Below the pieces are notes generated by a model. That model ran no database searches. It saw only the letters and a list, made by a program, of their open reading frames with translations, and was not told the origin of the DNA. The translations under genes were made by a program, and so were the position numbers. This document shows, in pieces, positions 23,480 through 33,819 of a stretch of DNA of 64,000 nt. The first letter of the stretch is position 1. The number at the start of each line of letters is the position of its first letter. The stretch covers positions 1 through 64,000 of the forward strand of contig QPGO01000063.1 in NCBI GenBank assembly GCA_008632985.1. Reading direction: 5' to 3'. This DNA is from Psammoneis japonica. Its lineage: Eukaryota.

Positions 23480-26400
23480 AATTGCGTTAGACTCGCTGCA
23501 TGCTCGGGGCGGGAGAGAGTGCTTTTGCGTGGACAGCGGATGGCGTGGATGATGGCAATGAATGTCATTCTGCCGGCACCGGCATGTCCCATTTACAGTT
23601 TGGTGCACAGTCTCTCTCTTTCTCTCCTCTTGCTGCTGGCAAGCCTCCAGAGCTCAGCTGCAGCAGCGCAATGGCGGCAAACAAGGAATTGGAGATGACA
23701 GCTGACAATGTTGTTGAGCAGATGGCAAACAAAGTGGAGATCTTGGTTAGTTCAAAAACCTTTGCCAACCACTTTGATGTCAAAAAAAGTGCCTGCACTC
23801 TGACAAGAGATGAGCAGAATGCAAGAAGGGCTGGAATCAGGTGCCCATGACAAATTTGTTCAAACACACAGCGAATGTGTTCCCGACAATGCTCGCACAT
23901 TTCACTGCACCACAGTCAAGAAGCAATTGTGTCATCATCCATCTTTCCACCAGAGCACAGCATCAATCTCACTGCCACAAGTTGATGAAGCAAGTGCGAT
24001 GAAAGTGAAGCAAGCAACACCACAGCCCACCATTGAAAAATGGGAAGATTTCTCGGACCTCTTTGAACAGGAATTTGAAACAACAAGACTCTCAAAACAT
24101 GTTTCCGCACCGCTGTTAGAACCATGGAAAGTGACACAATGTCAACCAACAAAGCTGCAGAGCAAAGCTTCCTCAAGGAGTTTGTGGGCCTGTTTGAACC
24201 TTTTTCCAATGCTGGTCTCGTTTGTCTGCCCTTCCAAGCAGCAGACTGGGGGATCCAATCATTGGGAAGCCAGGTGAAAGCTGTTGTGTGAATTCAGTTG
24301 GGGACAGCCCCACCAGGCAATTGGCAGTTTTTGAAGTGAAAGCCTTGCATGATGTGTTGCTTCCAAACAACTTTGAGGCTTTGAAGAAGGACCACATGAG
24401 GCTGCAGCAGGCATCCCTGCCACAGCCACTGTTGACGCCACTTTCCTGTGTCTGCAGGCTGTCTGTGGTGACGCTGATCCCACAGAAGCGTGCATTGGAA
24501 AACGCAACTCCTGGAGTGCAAGACCTGCAACAGGCTGCAGGAGTTCCACATGACTGAGATCGGCGCGACTGGCCATCGTGCAAGTGACTCACCTTGCATG
24601 AAGGGTCTGCGCAGCATGCACGCAGTGCTGAGTGTGATTGATTCTGTGCAAAGACTCAAGCTCCGCATGTCTTGCTGTCACACATGCACGCACTCCATGG
24701 TGGGTAAAATGGTCTTACAATTTGTGCAAGACATGAATTGTCAACAGTTTGAGCACCTGTGCAGGAATTGGACAAGTGCTCAAACTGTTGACAGTTCATG
24801 TGTTGTGCAAATTGCAAGACTGTTTTACGCACCATGGAGTGTGTGCATGTGTGACAGCAAGATGTGCAGAGCTTGAGTCTTTGCACGGAATCAATCACAC
24901 TTGGCTCTGCACACATCCTGTGCAGACCCTTCATGCAAGGTGAGTCACTTGCACAATGGCCGCCAGTCACGCCGGTCTCAGTTGCATGGAAATTCTGCAG
25001 CCCACCCACCACAGCCACCATTGATGCTGCTGCAAGGTGGCTTTTGAGCACCAAAAGAAGGAAAAGAAAAACAATCAGGCAAAATGTTGGTCCCAAATCT
25101 GTCAACCTCTTGCACAGGAATTGTGCGCATGGCAGACAATGGTGTTTGATGCGGAGCTCTTTTCTGTGCTTCCAAAGCACACTTCAATGACCTTGAAGGA
25201 TGTGCCAGGCAAGTTGGAACAGTCAAAATCACACGTGCATTCTTTGCTGGTGAAAAGGACTTTCTTCAGAAATGTGCATGTGTGACTTGTCTGGTCAACT
25301 CAAATCCAGCCCCAATCAACGAGGTGACCGGCAGGGGTCAAAGCCTTGTTGTCAATTTGGGTGCAATTCCACACAGATGCATCACACAGGTGGAAACCAA
25401 ACACGTGACTTTGTCATTTGACAAAGACTTGCATGTTGGAAACTTCAATCAAGTGCAAATCCAGTCCCAATGCTTGTGTCTGTCCTGGCAATTCTCACAG
25501 CATGGCAGCAACATGCGGGACCTTGCAATGCCAAGCAAATCCCCCCCCCCCCCACTTGTCTGATGCAATGACAACACACCAACAACAATGACATTTGCTG
25601 GCCAGCACACTGGCTGCACCCAACTGGCATTTGTGCTTTGTCTGCACTCACACAAGCAGTCCACCTTGTGCATTGGGTGCAGCCAGTTTGTGATGAAATG
25701 GCACCAAAATGATGTGCAGCAAACAAAGTGCACATGTTGGCATGCAAAAGCCATGGGGAGCACCTCCACCTCTCACTGAACAATGGACAAGCACTTGATC
25801 ATTCCATCTGGGGTGGGTGCATCTCTTAAAAATGTGTGTGTTTCTCTCTGGAGTGTCACCAAATCATGTGTTCTCTGTGATCTTCAGCCAGAGTTGAGTG
25901 TGATGATGCATGCAACATTTGCAAAAGCCAGCCTCCCACCAACATTGTTGCTTGTGTGATTTTTGGGGTGCTTGTTTTGACTCATGATTTGCTTGATCAA
26001 GATGGTCAAGAATCTGAGCACTCTTTCTTTGTTTGGCAGGTGCCAGCATCAGTTGATGAGCCACAGCTCCACCAAAACAAAAACAAGAGCTCGGTCTTGT
26101 GTGACAGCATGATGCTCTCTCCTTTTGTTCAGCAGGATCCAGCGTCAATTAACAAGTGGGGCACTCACACACCAAACAAAATCAAAAGAGTCCTGCGATG
26201 AGCAAAAAACATTTGCAGCAGCAGCATGTCATCAAAAGGGCAACAATTCACAAAAATTATGGTGTCAGGTTGCACCAGCTTGGCTCATTTGCATGAGAGC
26301 CACTTGCCATCAGTGGAGACAACACAACTGCACATGCCATTGTCAATGCCATTGTTCATGCAGTTTTGGGATGCTTGTCTTGATTCAAAGGGGGGCACAG

Positions 26401-27820
26401 GGCATGCCACAGCAACATTGTGGTGCGATGAAAAAACCTGATTGTGCAGCAGAATGGGGACTTCTGTGTGTGAGTGATGAATGTGACCACAACAAAGAAA
26501 ATGAGTGAGATGATGAAACAAAAATGCAAAACAATTCAATCACAGCACAGAGTGAAAGTGAGTGCAGAATTGTTGCGCAGTTGCAAAACCCATTTTTTCA
26601 TCCAACAACTGGCCGGCTGACTTCAAACAAGCAACCTGCATTGATTCTACAAGTGCATGGCAGCAAAAACAAGCAGATGGTTGGAGCCACTCTGGCCAGT
26701 CCCACCTGACTTCATGATTTGGCTGCTTGCTTGCACTTCAGCACCCCTTGTGGTGTGTGCTGTGTGTGTTGTCAATGGCAGAGCAAGCAAAAGTCAAGGA
26801 GCACACAGGTCCAAGCAGATGGCAGATGATTTTGTGTTCAACAGAAAAAAATTCTGCACAATTTCTTGTGCAACCTCCAACCTCCAACTCTCCCCTGATT
26901 TCAGTGTGCTTTGTGCACAAATCAAGCCACATGTCAAAAAAAAAAACACCACACTTTCACCACTGCAACAGGGAGAATGGCAGCTGGATTGCAGAAAAGA
27001 TGGCACACCTGACACCAACAACAGCCATCACCGAGCCAGATGCACCCAAGCTTTCTGCATCCTTGAGTGAGAGCAGCAAAAATGCATTGCTTGGTGCAAA
27101 ATTTTGTTGAAAAGTGCAAACAGCACACACACACAGGCAGGGCGGCTGCTGCAAGCAACACGTTTTTTGAGAGATTCTCTTGGTCTTGTTGAGGATCATG
27201 AGAGCATTGTTTTTGAGGCCAAGCAAAGTGTTTTCCTTCATTGCAAATGCCCTCAACAGAGGAAAATGAATCAAAGTGATGCTGGCGGTCAATCCAGTGT
27301 GAGCACTGGCATGGATGGGGAGACATGTGGCTCTAAATTCTTTGAAGAGGGCAACTTGATCTCCATGGAATCGCCATCTTTTTCAACATCAGAAGGCATG
27401 TTTGGATTGAGAAGATCACATGTTGGGCCCTGCCAAGATTTCTGTTGTGGTTGTGATGATCACAAATCCAACAAAAATCATCGAGATGATGGCAACAATT
27501 TGAAACAGAAGAACTTGCCCCCTCCAGAAAAAAAACAAACTTTGCAGTGCACAGAGGTCCAACAGAAAAGCCAAAGCTGCTCATAACCTTTCAGGACATG
27601 GTGCCCCAGGTGCAACACTCCCAATCAAGACAGTCAGCAGCACACACTGTTTTTGTTGGCCTTTCTTCTTGCACAGCATTGTGCAAGTCGGAGCCAAGAG
27701 CTGATCTCCTCGTACGACACGCCATGTGCAATCGTCTGGCTCGTGTCGTCCGTGCTGTTGATCGGTTTTCAATTTTCAATTTTGCGACTTTTGTCTGGAG
27801 TGGGGCACACTGACTGGATC
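23480..27820. other. TpA- and CpG-depleted repeat block 3
   Basis: TA nearly absent and TG/CA in excess. Contains a foldback palindrome and possible gene remnants. Confidence 0.85.
24541..24994. repeat. About 450-bp foldback palindrome (MITE or foldback-like)
   Basis: 24541-24760 is the reverse complement of about 24771-24994 around a short spacer; ORFs 24490(+) and 24656(-) encode near-identical peptides. Confidence 0.9.
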
Positions 27821-30800
27821 ACCACCGTACCGGTAGACACGGATTGCTTCTCTTGCTCATTATAACAACATGAAATTAGAAATACCGATGGTGCAGGTGG
27901 CAGCAATGGAGAAAATATGGGTTTAACGTTTACGTGTGTACGGCATGGATGTGCCGGTCATGATGGGGTCAGTCAGGCGAGTCGTATCGTCGTGGAAGAT
28001 AGGAAGGATAGCAAAGTACGACGTAACAACATCGACTCTATGCTGTAAACTTGCAAAACATGCTGGCATCACTTCATCGCTGCACGGCAAAAGAATCAAA
28101 ATTCTGACATGGAAGAACTTTGAAAACCGGACCATTGCTCCTTCGCACTAGGGAAAGGAATAACCGAAACACTTCCATCTATTTCCGTTTGGAATGACAA
28201 TGACACTGCGAAAGAAAAGTCCAACGAAGATCTCGGGGAAACAGTGCTTGACCGTTGGTCTACCATTCCAGGGTAGAGAAAAGCTCGTCTCTGAGGAGCG
28301 CCATGGCTTCCCTTTGGTGGGGAAGGTGAAATCGCGACGCTTTCGTCCACAGAAGAGAAGTCGTAGGCTTGTACCGATTCCGCGGTATCCAATGAGCTCG
28401 AAAGCTCCGTGTCAGAAGAATGGGAATCATCCTTCCGCCCGTCATAAGCCAAACGGGAGCTCTCCGAGTGGTCGAGAGGCCCAACCAATGACAAAATGAC
28501 CGGTACCAGCATCAGTCCGTGCGCTACTCCCAGCACAGGAATTGCCAGGAATGTGTAGAAGAAGGTTCTCGCAATCTCCGACTGGGTAAGGAGGAGAGGA
28601 AGGACTCCGATGAATGTCGTGAAGCCTCCCAAGAGGATTGATGTACCCATTGTAGTAAGGCACTTGTATACACGCTCGTTGCGAGTCGTGCCATCCTTGA
28701 TTTCGTAGTAGGTGAGCACGACATGCATGTTGTAGTCAACAACAAGACCAACACTCATAATCAGTCCAATTGTTGAAACGCCATTGATATAAATCCCAGC
28801 GGCGTAAAGCACAGCCAAGATTTCAATGTAGATGGCTGCCACAACGGGAGTCAACAGGAACGCGCCGATTGGATGGGGGATGAAAAGCAAAGAGATTACA
28901 AACACTGCCAAGAGCCCAAGCGCAACGGTGAACAGAAGCTCTTCCACCAAAACAGAATACGTCTCCCACAAGGTAAACAAAGGGCCAAACGCAAAGAATT
29001 TCCAATCGCCCGTTCCCTGATTCACTGGCTGCGACCGTATCACCCTGCGTGCCGCCTCAAGTGAATCAATCTGGTTCTCAACATCATACAAGGATGATTT
29101 ATCAAACCTCACAAAGGTGCGGGATGCGATAATGTCGCCAGACTCATCACGCACGATGTGAGGAGAGTAAAGCGTTTTGGCGGGTTCGATATTCAGAAAA
29201 AGATCAATCCCTTCCTCAAACGTGTAGTTCGCAAAGGCGACCTCCTGTTGCAATCTCTTAATATCACGCAACCAAAACAATTCCGGTGGGTCGGATACGT
29301 ACGGGAGCGCCACCAACTCGTCGACAAAGTCAAGCATCTGCTGCTGAACTTCTTCGGATGATTGGTCCACACCACGAAAGTACACCCCGACGGGATACTG
29401 AGCCATTGTCTCTGGAACAGTGTAGGCGTCGAGGGCGGCAAAGTGTTTTCTCAGATACGAGTCTGCAGGAACGAGTTTTCGAAAGTCAAATTCTTGCTTT
29501 TGGTTCACGGCACCCAGTATTCCAAACACCAACAATGCTGTAAATGCAATGATTATGACAACCTTCGAAATCGGCTTGAGAAGAATTCTGGAATACGCCG
29601 CCATGAGCCTGGTCACGCAGTTAGACTTTTGCTTTGAGTGGCTCTGCTCATGAGGAGGTGGCGTTTTGGACTTGACACACACAAGACAATCGTAGCGACC
29701 CGCCTTCTTCCGTCGATCGTCGTATGCCAAAATTGCAATAAAAAAGGTAATCTGGTAGATGAAATCGATAAGGACGGTTGGCGCGGCGTAGTAACTAAAC
29801 CAGCGAACTCCGGGTAGGCTGGATGTGCATCCCAGAAAAAAGGCCGTCACGGTCGTCAGAGTCGAAGCTGTGATACTGACACCGACTTCTTCCATCACAT
29901 GAACCACTCGATCCGCAAAGGGCTTGGACGAGTCGGATCGCTGAAAGGCACCCGTCAGTATAAAGGTATCGTCCAGCCCGATTCCCACCATGACGTACGG
30001 GAACACTTGCGTGACGCTTGTGAATGGAACGCCAATCAGAAAGAGCAGCCCGTATCCGGTTGCAATGGATACGAGAATGGTCACAACGGCACCCACGCCC
30101 ACGAGACCTTGGCTTTGCACAGGTCTCCTGAAATTGGACAAGTAGAGCGAACAAAAGCACCCCATAATGATAAAGGCAAGCGCAATGTACGGAATGTCCT
30201 TCTTGAGTCCACGCTGAAATTCATCGTCAATGGACCGCTTGGTATTGATGCTGACAAAGCACGCAGACCCATCCTTCTTCCACCCGTCATTGACACCATG
30301 TATTTCATTCACTACATTAAACTCGTACTCGCCCGCATTGGAGAATTCAGCTTCTGGCTCTGCAATACGAATCATGAGCGCTTTTGCACTCGTCATGAGA
30401 AGCTCTTCTTCGGAAGCAGAAGAAGTGTTTTTTGGTAACTCTGGTTGAGATGTACCAAAGACAACGTCTCGAAACACTGGTTCCCCCGTTGGGTATTCCA
30501 ACTCGGACAAGATGCGTCTCAGCGCTACATCCTTCTCATCTTCTAGTGCCAGTCGCTCTTGCATTTCCGTTCGATCATGACGAAAGAATGCGGTTGCCGA
30601 GTGTACCTCGCACTCTCCATTTTGACCCCTAAAACACGCTTTTGCATACCCCGTTGTGTTTTGCATGACTTCCAAGACATCAAAGAGACAATCCATGCCC
30701 CGTCTGTTCAACACATTCTCTCCAGACATGTGCAGAATGGCATCCACAAAACGGGGTGGTGCGGGGAATCCGGCCTCTCCGGAAACGAGCCAGTTCAACT

Positions 30801-31625
30801 GTCTGTCGGAATAGGAATTTGTGGGTGTCCACAGCTCGTTTCGCTCTGTTTCGACAACAAAGTTGGTGGCAAAACCCGCACAAATGAACGTGGCGGCAAT
30901 GATTATCGAGATACATATAGTCACACCGGGAGAACGTGCTGCGGCACTTGCGATCCAAACAAGGCCTTTGACAAGTGGTCTTTTCACATAGCGTTCGGTA
31001 TACATGTCCCACTTTGCGAGACACTTATTGTTGTTTTTGTTGCTACTTATTGGAGCAGCAGCCGAGCGGCGGTGTGTCGAATCATTGTCATCGGAGGAAG
31101 TACCCCATGTTTCTGCGTCATCTTCCCACGATGAACTACGTCCCATGTCGTTTGATGATAATGATGAAACTTCCATCTTTTGTGAGTTGGGTCGTTTGTT
31201 GTTTACAAAATGCTTTATTCAAGTCGCGTTCTCTCTCGTTGTTAGTTTCGTGGGAAGTGGCAGCATGTTTTCACAGTTTTTTGTGTTTTGGGAACAACTA
31301 AATGAGAGTGAGAAAGTATCACAAGATTGGCAACGGATTTCAGTCTTGTTGTGGAGCCTTCCGATAGGTATAGAAATTCTATGCCATGATTACAACGCAT
31401 ACCCTTACAATTTCATACGTCACATATAGTTCATATGAGCGGACTAATGTTGTTATTAATATTCCGCCAAAATAAGACTGATAGAAAAATCTTTTTTTAA
31501 TTAGAATTAATGAATATACCAATAAAAATTTCTTGTAACGTAAATTCAGTTCATTCAAATTCAAAATTTCATCATCCTGCCCTAAACCTCACGGCGCCTT
31601 ATATTCTTTATTCAGATATTATACC
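26509..31625. repeat. Segmental duplication copy A (repeat flank, Patched/NPC1-like gene and promoter)
   Basis: Colinear with about 39485-43895 in direct orientation. Copy A has an extra about 670 bp (about 27025-27690). Confidence 0.9.
28096..31176 (-). CDS. Patched/Niemann-Pick C1-like sterol-sensing-domain RND membrane protein, copy A
   Basis: Intact 1026-aa ORF. SSD with GIGLDDTFIL and GVSITASTLT, second repeat GLVVDYNMH...HGLMLVPVILS. Confidence 0.9.
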   Translation of the reverse strand: MEVSSLSSNDMGRSSSWEDDAETWGTSSDDNDSTHRRSAAAPISSNKNNNKCLAKWDMYTERYVKRPLVKGLVWIASAAARSPGVTICISIIIAATFICAGFATNFVVETERNELWTPTNSYSDRQLNWLVSGEAGFPAPPRFVDAILHMSGENVLNRRGMDCLFDVLEVMQNTTGYAKACFRGQNGECEVHSATAFFRHDRTEMQERLALEDEKDVALRRILSELEYPTGEPVFRDVVFGTSQPELPKNTSSASEEELLMTSAKALMIRIAEPEAEFSNAGEYEFNVVNEIHGVNDGWKKDGSACFVSINTKRSIDDEFQRGLKKDIPYIALAFIIMGCFCSLYLSNFRRPVQSQGLVGVGAVVTILVSIATGYGLLFLIGVPFTSVTQVFPYVMVGIGLDDTFILTGAFQRSDSSKPFADRVVHVMEEVGVSITASTLTTVTAFFLGCTSSLPGVRWFSYYAAPTVLIDFIYQITFFIAILAYDDRRKKAGRYDCLVCVKSKTPPPHEQSHSKQKSNCVTRLMAAYSRILLKPISKVVIIIAFTALLVFGILGAVNQKQEFDFRKLVPADSYLRKHFAALDAYTVPETMAQYPVGVYFRGVDQSSEEVQQQMLDFVDELVALPYVSDPPELFWLRDIKRLQQEVAFANYTFEEGIDLFLNIEPAKTLYSPHIVRDESGDIIASRTFVRFDKSSLYDVENQIDSLEAARRVIRSQPVNQGTGDWKFFAFGPLFTLWETYSVLVEELLFTVALGLLAVFVISLLFIPHPIGAFLLTPVVAAIYIEILAVLYAAGIYINGVSTIGLIMSVGLVVDYNMHVVLTYYEIKDGTTRNERVYKCLTTMGTSILLGGFTTFIGVLPLLLTQSEIARTFFYTFLAIPVLGVAHGLMLVPVILSLVGPLDHSESSRLAYDGRKDDSHSSDTELSSSLDTAESVQAYDFSSVDESVAISPSPPKGSHGAPQRRAFLYPGMVDQRSSTVSPRSSLDFSFAVSLSFQTEIDGSVSVIPFPSAKEQWSGFQSSSMSEF

Positions 31626-32255
31626 AATTTACGAAAACGCTAGAGAACGCTTTTGTGACTGAAAATTCCAACGGAAGTTGTACATCTCAACATTCGGCTT
31701 TGAGAATGAGAAATACACAGCCGGCAAAAAAATGGAAGCAGTCTCACGCCCCGTGTGCAGAAAGCCACGCACAAGACGCGTGTCACGCTCATTTTCATTT
31801 TTCTGCTTTTATTTTCTGTGTTAGACCGACTCAGAGGGACAGTACACCCAATTCCTGAGGGACACGACACGCATACAAGTGCCATACACAGACACATAAT
31901 CAATCGCACACAACACGCACAATTTCCAAGGGACACGAAACCCTCACAAAGTTTTACCAAGTCAATTTGATTTGCACGCAGCAAACTGCAGCAGCACAAT
32001 GATGCGAGCCGCCGGTGTCCCACTTTACGGCGTGATATCTCAATGATACTTTCACCAATTTTCCCGTTGCTTATTTCATTCTTAACATAAATTGTACAAT
32101 ACATCCAATGACTTTGATTCCATTGTGTGTCATTGTGAATTGTGGATTTCTGTTTTGTTTGAAACCATGCAGCAATTTCAAATTTGGAGAAGCGCGCACT
32201 CTAGGGAAAGCGTGTACGAAGGATGCAGGTTGTGCAGCATTTCGATTCCCAATGG

Positions 32256-32497
32256 TCGATCCGAAACTATTGGTAGTGTCACACCATCGTATGTCGTGTG
32301 ACATGTGATAGAGCATGTGATGCAGCAGTTAAAATTAAGACTCCTACAATGAATGCCAGTGGTGCAAACAGCAAGCTAATCTGCCGTCGATCCGAAACTA
32401 CCAGTGGTGTCGCATGATAGAGCATGTTAGGTTGTTAAATTTGAGACTCTTACAATAAACACTAGTGATGCAAATAGCATGCTAATCTGCTGTCAAT
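32256..32497 (+). repeat. Imperfect tandem duplication, about 110-130-bp units
   Basis: GTCGATCCGAAACTA...GATAGAGCATGT...GCTAATCTGC occurs twice. Confidence 0.75.
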
Positions 32498-32510
32498 GTG
32501 ACTGGAGTTT

Positions 32511-33520
32511 TTAAGCCGCCGCCCTCTTGCCCTCTTTCTCAATCTTGTTCATCATCGTTTGCAGTTTTTTCCAATGCCGAAACAACAGCTCCCACTTTGT
32601 TTTCCAATTTGGATTTTCCATCAATAACCTTCCTCTCCTCACTTGTGCTAGCTTTGAAGCTGCGAGTTGATGCTGCCTTCTTTTCATCAACCAGCTTGTT
32701 GTACAAGGGCACGGCTTTGTTGTGCTGCTCAACCAAATTAAAATGTACTTGAGAGACACGGATTTCAATATCTTGCAAGCCCTGTCCCACCAAGCCATGT
32801 AGTTGTCATCATCCTTTGCTTGAGGACGATTGCTGCCATTGAGATACTCCTTCTCCTCACTTGTAAACAGCGTACGCAGGCCCTTGCTTTTAGAGATTTG
32901 TTGAGTTCGTCATGCTCGGATTTTTTGTAAAGTGCTCCATGCCCCAACTTCTTCTTGAGCACCATGTACACACCAGAATCATATTGTGCCTGCGACTTAG
33001 GCTTCCAATGAGTCCCCTTGCGAGCACCTTCGCGTTCAATCTTGTGCTCCATTGAGAAAGTGCAGAATTGCCTCATCAATTTGCTGCAGTTCGGCACAGT
33101 GAGAGTCTCTCCACGTAGATGCTTTCATTCCAACTGATGGACTGGTGGATGTCCTGTTTTTTTGGCAAAAACGTTAAATGCTGCGACCGCCGTCTTGTAG
33201 CCATCTTCGGTTCGGTCTGCTTTGTCTTGCATTTCTGCGCATGCTTGGAGCATCATGGATTCGTCTTCGCGCTCTTCTGCCTCATCCTCATTTGAATCTT
33301 CCAAAAAGGAGGCCTCAAGCTCAGTAGCAAGTCGATTGATGTGGTCCACCTCACTCGCTTTTGCCTCGTCGCTCGGCTCGTCGCTGGACTTGTCCTTCTT
33401 GTATGGATTGCTATGATGCGAGTAGAAGATTGTGCCTGCTGCAGTGGTTGCTGGTGGTTCCAACCCGTCCTGGGCCTGTGCAGTTGGAGCATCTTTTTCA
33501 TTGATGAGAGATGGCATTAT
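32511..33520 (-). pseudogene. Disrupted gene, possibly the N-terminal part of a Crypton-like tyrosine recombinase
   Basis: MPSLINEK...YKTAVAAFNVFAK..., TGA at 33125-33127, then KLMRQFCTFSM...SQAQYDSGVYMVLKKK. No catalytic R-H-R-Y residues are visible. Confidence 0.3.
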
Positions 33521-33819
33521 GGACAAATGATGCCAAACAGCGTATGCCATACAAGTCCAATCGCAACGAATCGCAACAATGGCAATGAAAACGGTAGACT
33601 GGGCAACGAGCGAGCGGCGGTAGTGCGGTGGTCGGACCGTCTGTCGTCCGTCGTAGGGTGACCGGTCTGGTCGCCGGCTCCACCCGTCGATTTCCGGCCG
33701 ATTTGCGAGGGACCCGAGGGACACCCTGTCCCTCGGTGGCGCGCTTCGCGCGTCCCTCCCGCTCCGCGGGACAAATGTCCCTCCAGGGACGCTCCGCGTC
33801 CCTCCAAAAAAAAATTTCT

